A DNA stretch of 64,000 nt from contig CAWGIB010000006.1 in NCBI GenBank assembly GCA_963822545.1, positions 565,428-629,427 of the forward strand. Direction: 5' to 3'. The stretch comes from an uncultured Acidobacteriaceae bacterium (GTDB taxonomy: Bacteria > Acidobacteriota > Terriglobia > Terriglobales > Acidobacteriaceae). This document shows positions 1 to 10,489 of this stretch, piece by piece. Within the stretch, counting starts at the first letter, position 1, and the number at the start of each line of letters is the position of its first letter. The notes under the pieces were generated by a model that was not told where the DNA came from, made no database searches, and saw only the letters and a program-made list of their open reading frames with translations. The translations under genes and the position numbers were made by a program.

Positions 1-187
1 GCTCCGACGTCGAGCGGCATTGAAGGATTAATTCCCAGTTTCTATTCATTTCACGGACTTGGTATCCCCGTGGAACCGTCGCTGTAGGGTGTCCCTTGTG
101 CAGATTGATCCCTCAGTCAAGAGCCGCCATGGCTTTCGTGCGAGGCTCGTTGGTTTTCTGGTTACCGAGACACTCCTCGTCCAACAC

Positions 188-829
188 CTACTCGTTGGCC
201 ACGTACATCACGAAATAGGGCGCCCCGCTGACGTAACCGGGAGGCAGTGCCCCGTTTTTCTTGATTCGCGTTTCATCTCCGACTACGGTATACCCGCTCA
301 GGGCTCCCTGCGTGTACATGTTTCCTATGGTTAACACGTTCGTGTTGTTGCTGTCGTTGGTGAAGAACATTGTGAAGTAGTAATCGTTCACGATTGAAAG
401 CGCACCCTTGATCGGATCTAGTTTGATGATGCACGGGTTCGTGATGGAGACCGGCTGTACGGGACAAACCGAGGTACTCGTAAGGTTGATGCTGGGATTG
501 GCTACTCCGCCGAGCGTTACTTTCTTGGCGGAAACCACTGTGGTGCTGCTGCGGCTGGTTTTGTAGAGCACCATGTTGCCAATGTCCACCGTCGATCCAC
601 CGTAGAATCCGATATATAGGACAGTGGACGTGCTCTTCACTGGGAACATCGCCGATCCGGGAATCAGCGTTAACTCCGAAATGCCAGCCCAGTTCGTATT
701 ACCACCTGCCATCGGTCCTACCCCCGCGACCAGATTCGACAACACAGTTCCCGGGGCCTGGGCCATAGCGGTTGTCGCGATCACGCACAGCGCGAGAATA
801 AGAATCGTAAGTTTGCGAAAGTCTTTCAT
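188..829 (-). CDS. small secreted protein, paralog 1 of a 3-copy tandem family (function unknown)
   Basis: Signal peptide MKDFRKLTILILALCVIATTAMAQA. GGGAGA SD 6-7 nt upstream of the ATG at 829. Shares motifs NW(A/S)G..L.LIPGS, NMVLY(K/T)T, GG(V/I)(A/S)NPSI.L, SVCP.QP.S..NPC, DYY..(M/V)(F/Y)FTND.NN and the C-terminal YF.MYV.N with 1650-2315. The long ORF start at 901 is probably spurious. Confidence 0.7.
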   Translation of the reverse strand: MKDFRKLTILILALCVIATTAMAQAPGTVLSNLVAGVGPMAGGNTNWAGISELTLIPGSAMFPVKSTSTVLYIGFYGGSTVDIGNMVLYKTSRSSTTVVSAKKVTLGGVANPSINLTSTSVCPVQPVSITNPCIIKLDPIKGALSIVNDYYFTMFFTNDSNNTNVLTIGNMYTQGALSGYTVVGDETRIKKNGALPPGYVSGAPYFVMYVANE

Positions 830-904
830 TGGGAATCTCCCTATCTCCAAAATTTGTTTTGTCGGTATCATCCACGCGTTCAGTTCCACCCGATGCACCA
901 TTTC

Positions 905-1556
905 CTAATTCGTCATCACGTACATGAGGAAATCAGGTCGCGCCCCGTTGCTTCCGGACGGAATGGACTGACCCACCGTGAGCCGTGTTTGATCGGATCG
1001 AAATGATACCACCCTGTCAGAGTGCTAAGTTGGTTGGCTCCGACCGTCGCGCTCACGCCTGAATTGTTGTTGTCGTTGGCCGTGAAATATACAACCAGGT
1101 AGTAATCAGACAGCGCCGAGAGCGTCAGCGTTAGGGGATCGAGTCGCACGATGCACGGACTTCCAGTAGAGAGCGGTTGCACCGCGCACACCGTTTTGCT
1201 CGCGAGGTTGATGCTGGGATTGGAAACGCCGCCATACTTCACTGGCGTCACTGCGGTGATCGTCGAAGCCGTTACGCGCTGTTGTATACAACACCATATT
1301 GCTGACATCCGCCGTGCTTCCCCCAGTAAAGCCCAGGTAGAACGTAGTTGTCGTGCTTGTGTTTGGGATCAGTCCAGCGCCCGGGAATAAGATTGAGCGC
1401 AGAGTAGCCAGACCAGCCGGAATTGGACGAGACCGGCCCAATGACGCCGCGCTCCAGGTTCTGCGGCTTCGTTGTCTTGGCGTCCTGCGCCAACCCGCCC
1501 ACTGTCACCGCGAACGTCATCAGAATCAGTACTGCGAATTTGTAAACAATCTTCAT
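905..1556 (-). pseudogene. paralog 2 of the small secreted family, interrupted by about 3 frameshifts
   Basis: The homologous sequence is spread over ORFs 1272-1601 (signal peptide MKIVYKFAVLILMTFAV..., GWSGYSALNLIPG), 1106-1441 (FYLGFTGGSTADVSNMVLYTTA) and 916-1308 (GGVSNPSINLASKTVCAVQPLSTGSPC..DYYLVVYFTANDNNN). A fourth frame ends PDFLMYVMTN* at 905. GAGGAGA SD lies before the ATG at 1556. Confidence 0.65.
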
Positions 1557-1649
1557 CGCAAATCTCCTCGATTCGAAAATGTGGATTTCATCGTTCAACA
1601 CGCTTTTTGTATTCGCCTTTAGCCGTTCTTTTGCCAGCGCATCGCTTCC

Positions 1650-2315
1650 CTAGTTATTCATCACGTACATCAGGAAGTACGAGGGGCGGCCGTTGGTGGT
1701 CCCCGGCAGGGTTTGGCCAACCGTGAGATGGGTTAGGTCCGTGCTCCCTGCGAAGGAGGAACTCAGGCTCACCGGCAAATCGGCTGGCTGTATCGCGCCG
1801 ATGCTCTGGTTGTTCGTATCATTCGTGAAATACACAGTGAGGTAGTAGTCCGATGCGGGCGACAGCGCAATTGAAACCGGATCGAATTTAACAACGCATG
1901 GGTTGGTCGTCGACAGCGGCTGCGTCGGGCAGACCGATGTGTTCGAAAGGCTGATGCTCGGATTTGAAATTCCACCGAGAGTGACGGGCTTGACCGCGGT
2001 GATCGTTAGGCTGCCATGCGCAGTCGTGTAGAGCACCATGTTGCTGATATCGGCGGTCGTTCCCGCCGCGAATCCAAAATAGAAGACGGCAGTCGAACTG
2101 TTGACGGGGTAAAGCGCCGATCCGGGGATTAAGTTCCACAGCGAATAACCAGCCCACGAGGGGTTGCTTTGGAACGGCGCGAGAACACCGAGTACGAGGT
2201 TTTCAGTGGTGGTAGCCGGTGTTTTTTTGGCCGGCTTCTGCGAAAAACCATACACCGTGACAGCGAGCATCATCAGCGTTAGGGTCGCCATTTTGCGGAT
2301 CGTTTTCATTAGCAT
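1650..2315 (-). CDS. small secreted protein, paralog 3 of the tandem family
   Basis: Signal peptide (MATLTLMMLAVTVYGFSQ). GAGGAGAC directly upstream of the ATG at 2315. Carries the same conserved motifs and the two conserved Cys seen in 188-829. Ends YFLMYVMNN. Confidence 0.75.
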   Translation of the reverse strand: MLMKTIRKMATLTLMMLAVTVYGFSQKPAKKTPATTTENLVLGVLAPFQSNPSWAGYSLWNLIPGSALYPVNSSTAVFYFGFAAGTTADISNMVLYTTAHGSLTITAVKPVTLGGISNPSISLSNTSVCPTQPLSTTNPCVVKFDPVSIALSPASDYYLTVYFTNDTNNQSIGAIQPADLPVSLSSSFAGSTDLTHLTVGQTLPGTTNGRPSYFLMYVMNN

Positions 2316-2474
2316 GTCTCCTCAAGTTAAGTCAGACTGTTTGGTTTCCTATCCGTCCCGCACTGTTCATCTCTTACAAGCTTCAAACAAACATCGCCGC
2401 TAGCCGAGCCACCGCGCTGGCGACAGAGTTTTTTATTTGCTCGTTCTGTGCGCACGGGAGTTGTTGCTCTTCCC

Positions 2475-3953
2475 CTATGGCACCTGGAAGACCGTGTTGC
2501 TGACGAGCGTCCCGCCGGGCGTCACCACCTTAACCACGCCGCTGGTCGCACCCGTGGGAACGGTAGTCGTGATTTCGGAATTGGAAGCTACAGTGAAAAC
2601 AGCCGCCGTGCCGTTGAAGGTGACGCTCGTCGCACCGGTCAGATCCGTTCCCAGAATCTTGATCTTCGCCTTCACCTTGCCCGATGTCGGCAGCGTTTCC
2701 ACAAACGGGCGAATACCCATATCGAGGCTGAAAACCGTGCCGACGCACGAGGGGCTGCAGGTTGGCCAGCCGGGCCCACCGTCCTGCATCGTCCCGTAGA
2801 GAGTCCCATCGGTGCCCTGCATCAGCGCCCCACCGCCGTTTGGTCCGGACCCGTCTGCACCGTCGAAGTTATGCAGCGTGGTCAGCGCTCCGCTAGGGGT
2901 GACTTGGAAGATTGTGCCTTGGCCGTTGGCTCCGCCGTTCCACGTGATTCCATAGAAATTCCCATCAGTAGCTAAATAGATGTTCGTGGGTTGTGCGCCG
3001 TCCGCGCAATTTTCCTGGTTGCAGAAATTGTAAAGGGGGGTCACGGCGCCGCCCGGGGTGACCTTAAAAAAGATGCCGCCGGCGCCGTACTTACCGCTTC
3101 CACCGCCAGCCGTTGTCCCGTAGAAATTCCCATCAGCGCCCTCGACCAGCGCTGAGCTGGATTGGGTGTAACCCGGAAAGTTGTAAATCGTCGTCAGAGT
3201 CCCGGTTGGCGTAATTTTGAAGATCGTGCCATAACCTCCGTTGACGCCGTCGTTCCCGCCAGTAAGCGTTGTCCCATACAGGTTTCCGTCGCTGCCTTGA
3301 ACCAGCCCAAAAATGGGGCTTTGTCCGTCGATGCAAACGCCATTCTGGTAGTCAGAGCAAAACGAATAGAGGGTCGTGAGCTTGCCGCTTGCGGCCATCT
3401 TGAACACCGATCCGCATGCGCCAAAGCAATTATTATTGACGCCGCCATTCTTCGTTACGCCGTAAAAGGCCCCATTCGAGGCTAGAACCAGTGGCGCAAA
3501 AGAGATGCTGTTGACATTGCCGTATAGAACCTTCAGTTTGCCGCGCGTGGTAAGTCGATCAATATTGCCAGCCTGGTCCACCCCGTAGAAATCCCCATTG
3601 GTGCCGAGAATCAAATTCGCGTCAGGTGCCTGCGTGCCTCTACAGTTTCCAAGGTCGTAAAAGATGCAAAGTGTTTTCTCGGTCCCGCTGGTGCTGATTT
3701 TGAAGAACGTGCCTGCATCGAACTGATCCCCACCTGCATGGGTAACACCGTACAGGTTTCCGTCGGTACCCTGCACCAGCCCCTGGGGGTAGGCGCCGAG
3801 GTTTCCGGTTGTCCCTTGGAAGTTGTAGAGCGTGGTAAAAGTTTGAGCAATTGCGGAAACAGCTAGACCGGCTAACATAACCACCGCGACCAGCGCGGTC
3901 AGCAACGTTGCCGTCACGCCCGACGGCACACTTTGACCATGATTCGACTTCAT
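2475..3953 (-). CDS. secreted GloVer (Gloeo_Verruco) tandem-repeat protein with C-terminal IPT/TIG-like domain
   Basis: Signal/TM segment LLTALVAVVMLAGLAVSAIAQ. At least 8 repeats of the type DGNLYG(T/V)T..GG...G(T/S)(I/V)F(K/Q). C-terminus TSVTFNGTAAVFTVASNSEITTTVPTGATSGVVKVVTPGG resembles IPT/TIG. AGGAGA SD present. Confidence 0.8.
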   Translation of the reverse strand: MKSNHGQSVPSGVTATLLTALVAVVMLAGLAVSAIAQTFTTLYNFQGTTGNLGAYPQGLVQGTDGNLYGVTHAGGDQFDAGTFFKISTSGTEKTLCIFYDLGNCRGTQAPDANLILGTNGDFYGVDQAGNIDRLTTRGKLKVLYGNVNSISFAPLVLASNGAFYGVTKNGGVNNNCFGACGSVFKMAASGKLTTLYSFCSDYQNGVCIDGQSPIFGLVQGSDGNLYGTTLTGGNDGVNGGYGTIFKITPTGTLTTIYNFPGYTQSSSALVEGADGNFYGTTAGGGSGKYGAGGIFFKVTPGGAVTPLYNFCNQENCADGAQPTNIYLATDGNFYGITWNGGANGQGTIFQVTPSGALTTLHNFDGADGSGPNGGGALMQGTDGTLYGTMQDGGPGWPTCSPSCVGTVFSLDMGIRPFVETLPTSGKVKAKIKILGTDLTGATSVTFNGTAAVFTVASNSEITTTVPTGATSGVVKVVTPGGTLVSNTVFQVP

Positions 3954-4321
3954 TGTTTGTCTCCTGAGAAAATTGCGTTGAGGTTTTTTTGAGAGGGACC
4001 TGTGCTGCTCATCTGGCGCTGGCTTTGCCCGTAACCTTGCGGCTACGTCGTCGGCAGAAAGTTAATCTCCTTATCGCCTTCAAAGGGATTAAGATTGGGC
4101 ATACTGATCCGGCTCCCCACATATAGCGCCGAACTTTGATCTGGAATTGTCCTTTCGTCAATTAGTCCGCAGATAGCGGGTAGCTGGCCCAATAACATTT
4201 GTGTTTCCAGATGTTTAAGCAGACTTATTGCCTGGAAAATCGTCCTCGAATGGTCCCCGTAGCGCTATCTCGATTCGTTCCGTAGGTGCTAAACTAGACG
4301 AACCTCCCCCCACTCATCCTT

Positions 4322-5974
4322 ATGGGTTCTGCCCAGACGCCTGCGGTCCTCGTTCGCTTCGGTGTGTTCGAAGCCGATCTCCGCGCCGGTGAACTCAAGC
4401 GCAATGGCATCAAGGTTCGGCTTCAAGATTTGCCCTTCCGTGTACTCACGCTGTTACTGACTCGCCCCGGGGAAGTCATCTCTCGCGAGGAATTCCGTCA
4501 GGCGCTCTGGCCCTCCGACGTCTTTGTGGATTTCGAGCAAGGCATCAGCAGCGCCGTCATGCGCCTCCGCGACGCGCTCGGAGATTCCGCTGACAACCCG
4601 ATCTTTATTCAGACCATCGAGCGCCGGGGCTACCGCTGGATCGGACCCGTAAATCTCCCTCAAGCCGTCTCGCATGAGTTGCGAGAAAAAGAATCGGGTG
4701 AAAAAGAACCGCGAGAGAAGGATTCGCCAGCAAAGGAATTCCGAAAGCACGAACGACAAGAGGACGAACGGCAGGAAAAAGATTCGCGACAAAAAGAACT
4801 ACCGGAAGAAACCTACCAGGAACCACCGACGAATCGCGCAACCGCACCGCAGTCTTCACCAAGCACTTTCAAGTGGAAACTCGTCTTCGTCCTGCCGATT
4901 CTCGCTCTGCTTTTCGCCGCGTGGCTCTTCCGCCCCGCCTATCGCGATGCCAAAGCCGCCGCGAAATCAACGCCATCCCGTCCCCAAAGCCTGCATCAAT
5001 CCACCAATCGCGAAGCCGAAGACTTCTACCTCAAAGGCCGTTTCTACTGGAACAAGCGCACCCCCGAGAGCCTGAATCAGGCTGTGGCCGCCTTCACTCA
5101 GGCCATTGCTCACGATCCCAACTATTCCGACGCCTATGTCGGCCTGGCCGATTGTTACAACCTGCTGCGCGAGTTCTCGGCCATGCCCGGAAATGAAGCC
5201 TATTTCAAGGCCTTCGCAGCGGCAAAAAAAGCGGTCGAGCTCGACCCGCAATCCTCCGAGGCGCATGCCTCATTGGCCTTCGTAACGTTTTTTGGAATGT
5301 GGGACGCCGCCGACGCGGAAAAAGAGTTCCGCCGCTCCCTCGAACTCGATCCCAACAGCGCCAAAGCCCATCACTGGTATGCTACCTTTCTCCATGCCCT
5401 GAACCGCCACGACGAAGCCCTCTCAGAAATCGAACTGGCCCGCAAACTTTCCCCGGATTCCCCCTCAATCCTCGCCGACAAAGGGGATCTGCTCTGGTCG
5501 CGTGGACAGCACGAAGAAGCGCTGCAATTACTAAAACAACTCGAGGCGGCCGATCCGAATTTTCTTTCGCCCCACCGGTACTTGAGATTCGCCTACCGCG
5601 AAATTGCCGATTACCCCGACTACATTCAGGAGCTGAAGAATGACGCTCAGCTCACGCACGACAACGCGCAAGCCTCAGTAGCCGAGGCGGCCGAAAAAGG
5701 CTTCGCCCAAGGCGGCGAGAGGGGCCTCTTCAAAGCGGAGCTTTCGGAACAGAAGAAGCTCTACGCAGAAGGAAAGTTGTCACCTTATTGGGCGGCCCAG
5801 AACGAGGCACTGTTGGGGGAGAGAAGCGAAGCGCTCAAGCACCTCGGCATGTGCCTGCTGTCACATGACGATCTCCTGCTGAATCTAAGCGGCGACCAGA
5901 ATTTCGCCAGCCTTCACGACGAACCGTCCTTCCAGCAACTATTCGCCAAAATCGGCCTGCCCGCCCCACGCTGA
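4322..5974 (+). CDS. membrane-anchored winged-helix (ToxR/CadC-like) transcriptional regulator with periplasmic TPR repeats
   Basis: N-terminus FGVFEADLRAGELKRNG..V.L....FRVLTLLLTRPGEVISREEF..ALWP...V..........AVMRLRDALGD....P.FIQT..RRGYRW is an OmpR/CadC-type wHTH. It is followed by a K/E/R-rich linker, a TM segment (LVFVLPILALLFAAWLF) and TPR-like repeats (AYVGLADCYN, AHASLAFV, AHHWYATFL). Confidence 0.8.
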   Translation: MGSAQTPAVLVRFGVFEADLRAGELKRNGIKVRLQDLPFRVLTLLLTRPGEVISREEFRQALWPSDVFVDFEQGISSAVMRLRDALGDSADNPIFIQTIERRGYRWIGPVNLPQAVSHELREKESGEKEPREKDSPAKEFRKHERQEDERQEKDSRQKELPEETYQEPPTNRATAPQSSPSTFKWKLVFVLPILALLFAAWLFRPAYRDAKAAAKSTPSRPQSLHQSTNREAEDFYLKGRFYWNKRTPESLNQAVAAFTQAIAHDPNYSDAYVGLADCYNLLREFSAMPGNEAYFKAFAAAKKAVELDPQSSEAHASLAFVTFFGMWDAADAEKEFRRSLELDPNSAKAHHWYATFLHALNRHDEALSEIELARKLSPDSPSILADKGDLLWSRGQHEEALQLLKQLEAADPNFLSPHRYLRFAYREIADYPDYIQELKNDAQLTHDNAQASVAEAAEKGFAQGGERGLFKAELSEQKKLYAEGKLSPYWAAQNEALLGERSEALKHLGMCLLSHDDLLLNLSGDQNFASLHDEPSFQQLFAKIGLPAPR

Positions 5975-6083
5975 CGCACGGGACGTTTCATTTTCAGATT
6001 GCAGAAGTAAGACTCATCCCCTCCGACTATCACTTCTGCAGTCTGCAAGCGACAATCTGCAATGGCACGTGAAACGAGCGCTA

Positions 6084-8093
6084 CTAAATTCTTTTGAATG
6101 CCCTCTGAATCTCCGTCATCGTGTAGCGCAAAACCACCGGCCGCCCATGCGGGCACGACATCGGATGCTGTGTCTTGGCGAGTTCCGCCAGCAGCCACTC
6201 CATCTTGTTTTGCTCGAGCGGCATGTTCACTTTGATCGCCGCGTGACATGCAATCGATGCCGCGATACGCGTGCGCACCGCTTCCAGATTAAGGGCCTGA
6301 TCTTCCCGCGTGAGCTGTTCCAGAACTTCATTCAACATGTGTTCGATCTGCCCGGCGTCCACGCCCGCCGGCGCAACCTTCACCGCAATGCTGCGCGATC
6401 CAAACGGCTCGGCCTCAAAACCATTGTGTGCCAACTCCGTCGCAGTCTCGCTAAAGACTGCCTGCTGCGCTGGGGTCAGTTCGATCACCAGCGGCATCAG
6501 CATCCTCTGGCTCTCTACTTGTTGAGCCGCGCGCTGTCGCAGTATCCGCTCAAACAGTACCCGCTCATGCGCCACATGCTGGTCGATAATCCAGAGACCG
6601 TCTTCATTCGTTGCCAGAATGAATGAATTCTTGATCTGTCCCAGAGCCTTTAGCGTACGCAGCGATTCGAGCGTCGGTGCCGCCTGCTCAGCCTGCTCAA
6701 TCGGTGGCGCGCACCCATGATCCGGGACGGCTGTCTCCGGCGCGCGCGCCAGCGACACCGCTGCATTCGCCTCGACCGCGATACTGCCCTCAAATTCGAG
6801 CCGCCCCGTAATCGGAGGAACCGTCGGCGCCTGCAACGCAAAATTTCCGCCTGGCTCGTAAACGCTCCGCCATGGAGCCTGCCCGCCAATACCGCGCCCA
6901 CCCGGCGAAAGTCCCGCCCCTGCCGTCGGCTGCGCATTGATCTCCGCCAGAAACTGCGGCACTGGACGAGCTTTCATCAGCGCATCGCGCACCGAGTCGC
7001 GCACAAAATCGTGCATCACCGTCTGCTGGCGAAAGCGCACCTCTGTCTTCGACGGATGCACGTTTACATCGACCTCCGCCGCCGGCATCTCAATAAACAG
7101 CAGCACCACTGGGTAAACCGTCGGTGGCAGAATGTTCCGGTAGGCCTCGACGATCGCATGCTGCACGAGCCGGTCCCGGATCAGCCGCCCGTTCACAAAA
7201 ATGAAAATCGAATTGCGGTTGAGCTTCTGGATCTCCGGCTTCGAAACAAACCCATGCAGCCGTATCTCCCCAAAATCCTGAAGGTCGTCTGGCACGAGCT
7301 CGTGTGGCGCGGGCATTCCTGCCCGCGGTCCCTCATCCCCGCCGCTAGGAACAACGGGGCTAGTCCGCCGCCAAGGCGGAGGCTGCGGCAACCCAATTCT
7401 TTCCAGCCTCTGCATCGCGGCCAGCGGAATCAGCTGATCCAATGTCTCTTTGCCAAAAACCTGGTAAACCCGTTCCCGGTGTCCAGCCACCGGAGGCGCC
7501 ACCAGAATTGCATTCGTCGCCGAGTGCAGTTCGAAATGCTTTTCCGGATGCGCGAGCGCATAGTGCGTCACCAGTGAAGCAATGTGCGACAACTCAGTGG
7601 ACTCCGCCTTCAGAAACTTCTTCCGCGCCGGAACATTAAAGAACAGATCTCGAATCGTGATCGAAGTTCCCAGCGGCAGCCCGGCTTCATCCACGCGCGC
7701 CATCTTGCCGCCATTGATCTCGATCACCGTGCCCGCCGCTTCCTCCTGCGCCCGCGTTTCAAGATGCAGCCGGGCCACCGATGCGATCGAAGGCAGCGCT
7801 TCCCCGCGAAATCCGAGCGTCGCAATACTGAGCAGGTCCTCGGTATCTTTGATCTTCGAAGTGGCATGCCGCTCAAAGGCCAGCATGGCGTCGTCGCGGA
7901 CCATGCCGCATCCGTCATCCGTAATCTGAATCAGCTTCTTCCCGCCCGCCTCAACCTGAATACGAATCCGGTTCGCCCCCGCGTCGAGTGCGTTTTCCAG
8001 CAACTCCTTCACCACCGACGCCGGACGCTCCACCACTTCGCCCGCAGCAATCTGGTTGGCAACGCGTTCCGGCAGAACGTGAATTTTTCCCAT
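6084..8093 (-). CDS. mutL: DNA mismatch repair protein MutL
   Basis: N-terminal GHKL ATPase motifs: IHVLPERVANQIAAGEVVERPASVVKELLENALDAGA, DDGCGM, TLGFRGEAL. C-terminal dimerisation region ends CPHGRPV. Confidence 0.95.
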   Translation of the reverse strand: MGKIHVLPERVANQIAAGEVVERPASVVKELLENALDAGANRIRIQVEAGGKKLIQITDDGCGMVRDDAMLAFERHATSKIKDTEDLLSIATLGFRGEALPSIASVARLHLETRAQEEAAGTVIEINGGKMARVDEAGLPLGTSITIRDLFFNVPARKKFLKAESTELSHIASLVTHYALAHPEKHFELHSATNAILVAPPVAGHRERVYQVFGKETLDQLIPLAAMQRLERIGLPQPPPWRRTSPVVPSGGDEGPRAGMPAPHELVPDDLQDFGEIRLHGFVSKPEIQKLNRNSIFIFVNGRLIRDRLVQHAIVEAYRNILPPTVYPVVLLFIEMPAAEVDVNVHPSKTEVRFRQQTVMHDFVRDSVRDALMKARPVPQFLAEINAQPTAGAGLSPGGRGIGGQAPWRSVYEPGGNFALQAPTVPPITGRLEFEGSIAVEANAAVSLARAPETAVPDHGCAPPIEQAEQAAPTLESLRTLKALGQIKNSFILATNEDGLWIIDQHVAHERVLFERILRQRAAQQVESQRMLMPLVIELTPAQQAVFSETATELAHNGFEAEPFGSRSIAVKVAPAGVDAGQIEHMLNEVLEQLTREDQALNLEAVRTRIAASIACHAAIKVNMPLEQNKMEWLLAELAKTQHPMSCPHGRPVVLRYTMTEIQRAFKRI

Positions 8094-8350
8094 GCGCTTG
8101 ATCGTTAAGAAGATTGGACCGTTAAGTTTGACAGAGAGCGTCGACAGTGGCTAGTCGGCCACAGCCCACAAAAAAACGCTTTGGAAAGGGACACCTTCGA
8201 TGCAAGGTGCCATATCCGCTCTACCGTATTTCCGTTGGCAGAATGTTACCCAAGTGCTGAATCGTTGTTTGAAATCGAACCGAGGAATTCCCGCTGCGTT
8301 GGCTATAGTTTTTTCATACCACTCCAACCTAGCCATCAACAGGGTGCCAA

Positions 8351-8527
8351 TTGAAGAACCCGGAAAAATGGTTTGAATTGTGTGCGCAGGCCGCTGTCGA
8401 GAAAGATCCCGACAAACTTCTTGTCTTGGTCCAAGAAATTAACCGGCTGCTCGAAGAGAAGGAAAATCGTCTCAAATCGGCGCCCCCTCCGGCCGGTTCG
8501 CCGGATCAGTCACAGGAACAGGCCTAG
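8351..8527 (+). CDS. small hypothetical helical protein (58 aa, TTG start)
   Basis: Hand translation gives LKNPEKWFELCAQAAVEKDPDKLLVLVQEINRLLEEKENRLKSAPPPAGSPDQSQEQA*. It is below the ORF-track size cutoff. The pattern resembles short conserved acidobacterial proteins I recall. Start codon is uncertain. Confidence 0.4.
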   Translation: MKNPEKWFELCAQAAVEKDPDKLLVLVQEINRLLEEKENRLKSAPPPAGSPDQSQEQA

Positions 8528-9735
8528 GCGACTTCCTGGGATGAACCCGAAGGCGGAGTGAACTGGTATCCTGGCCTTCACAACTGTGCCGTCTTCGTCG
8601 GACTGAATCTCGAGTGTCCCGCCCAATTGTTGAATGCGTTCGCGCATTCCGCGGAATCCCACGCCCGCTTGCTGCGATGACCCGATCGCCGATTTCTTTT
8701 CCAGCGGGATGCCTTTGCCTGTCGTCACGGATCTCGATGGCTACATACCCCATCCGCATTCTGATCGACACGCCCGCCGTGCGGCTGTTGGAATGGCGAT
8801 GCACATTCGTCAGGCATTCCTGCACCATCCGGAATATGGCGATCTCCATATCATCAGCCAGGCGTCCAAAATCCCCGGCAACTTCCAGACTCACATCAAT
8901 CTTGCTACGCGTCGCAAATCCATCGATATACCACCGCAACGCCGAAGCCAGCCCTACTTCATCTAGCAATGGCGGATGCAGCAAATGAGACATCGTTCGT
9001 AATTTCGGTGCTGATTTGTTCGACCAGTTTGGCGTTCTCTTGCATGGCAGCGGCAGCCGCTGCATTCAACGGCGTCGATAGCACGCCGCTGATATTCATG
9101 CTCAGGGCGGCCAGCAACTGCCCCACGCTGTCGTGCAACTCCCGCGCCAGCCGCCTGCGCTCGTCATCCTGCGCCTGCAGCAACCGCGCAGAAAGTTGAC
9201 GAAGCCCATCCACCGCTACATTCAGTTCCGCCGTCCGTTCTCGGACCCGGTCGGCCATTTCTGCATGCAGCATTTCCAAATCCCTTTCCCGAGCGCGGAG
9301 TTTTTGCTCCGTCTGTATCCTATCCCGGATTTCCAGTTCTGATCTTTCCCTTGATCGGCGGTTCGCCTCTCCAAGCGCAATGATGAAAGCGGAAAAAATG
9401 ACAAACCCGATCATTCCTGAAATGTCAGATTTCGGATCCGCCAGCACAAAAGAATGGACGGGAGGCACGAACCAATACCACACCCCCAGCAGGCTCATGA
9501 CCGTCGCCAGGATCGCGGGCCCCACCCCGCAGAACCAGGCAGCCACCACGACCGCTACCCATGCCGTGTGATATGGATTGCTCGTTCCCAGAAGTGGCGC
9601 AAAAACAGCGCGCAGGAGAAGCCCCAGAATTGCAGTCAAAATCGCGAGAGGATACCCCCGAACGCCCTCTCTTCGCAGCGCAGCTTCGGGATCCCGCTCC
9701 CAAGCCCGCGACGTCGAAATTGCTTCTTGATCCAT
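8510..9735 (-). pseudogene. NarL-class sensor histidine kinase (DUF4118-like membrane domain, HisKA_3, HATPase_c), 2 frameshifts
   Basis: Three ORFs cover the gene. ORF 8959-9735 carries the TM region and the H-box LARELHDSVGQLLAAL. The 8472-9065 frame carries LHPPLLDEVGLASALRWYIDGF...MVQECLTNVHRHS. ORF 8510-8728 carries GKGIP....GVGFRGMRERIQQLGGTLEIQS. Confidence 0.75.
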
Positions 9736-9813
9736 CCCTACCTTGCCTTGGAGGTCAGAGTCCTGAAAGTTATCGCTTGGATCACTCAGAGGGTTTCCCC
9801 ACGAACCGGGTAC

Positions 9814-10251
9814 CTAAATTGTACTGCCCGGCACAGCCTCCCGGCGAAGCTTTTGTTTGGCGGCTTCCTCGTGCAGTTGTGCGATTCTCTTTGGATCCGT
9901 CACGATCTGCGCGTGTCGCAGGACAGCCAAAGGCTGTTTCGAGGCTCGCGAATACGTTGACTCGCATTTGCGCTTCATAATGCCCCCTGGGATATCGGAA
10001 TTCTGTCTCTCGTGGGTGTCCGCTTCCTTCGTTGTCCCTAGCTCATGCTTCTGGATCGCGGTCAGATTGTTCAACGCGTCGGCGAGCGCTTGCCACTCCG
10101 TCATCGACTCCGCATCCCGCGCAAACATCAACTCTTTACTGCGGCGGTGAAGCTCCTCGTACGCCAACTTAAACTTTGCCGGCAGCTCTGACGGGTTGAG
10201 CTCCAGCATCGCCTCCGTGTACGAGCGCTGCCAGGCGTATTTAATCTCCAT
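9814..10251 (-). CDS. hypothetical protein
   Basis: The ORF is open to 10272 (GTG). The ATG at 10251 (MEIKYAWQRSYTEAMLELNPSELPAKF...) is preceded by GGAGAAAAAGG. No recognisable catalytic motif. Confidence 0.5.
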   Translation of the reverse strand: MEIKYAWQRSYTEAMLELNPSELPAKFKLAYEELHRRSKELMFARDAESMTEWQALADALNNLTAIQKHELGTTKEADTHERQNSDIPGGIMKRKCESTYSRASKQPLAVLRHAQIVTDPKRIAQLHEEAAKQKLRREAVPGSTI

Positions 10252-10434
10252 TTTCTGTACCTTTTTCTCCACATTCAGCCTACCCGCTCTACTAAAAAAA
10301 GGTGAAGATATTGGGTTCCTCTACGGTACCCAGAACAGAAGTGACCATGCGCAGAACTAACCATAGTTCCCGGTCCGCGAATCGTATGACTATAGTTAAC
10401 TAAAACGCAAACCTATCGTAATCGTAAAATATTC

Positions 10435-10463
10435 TTGACAGATCGCATCAGTTTTCCTAAAAT
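10435..10463 (+). promoter_or_regulatory. sigma70-like promoter (TTGACA-17 nt-TAAAAT)
   Basis: TTGACA at 10435-10440, an exact 17-nt spacer, and TAAAAT at 10458-10463. It lies 27 nt upstream of the ATG at 10490. Confidence 0.5.
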
Positions 10464-10489
10464 TTCGTTCGGTGTGGGGAGAAGCTTCC

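Noticed and set aside
5999-6040. A 9-bp stem (TGCAGAAGT...ACTTCTGCA) between the convergent regulator and mutL genes, considered as a bidirectional terminator
   Set aside because: The loop is 23 nt and there is no U/A tract on either side. It is too weak to annotate.
8151-8339. A 62-aa minus-strand ORF upstream of mutL, and the 74-aa ORF at 11973-12197
   Set aside because: Neither has an SD, a motif or coding-like periodicity that I can see. They were left unannotated.
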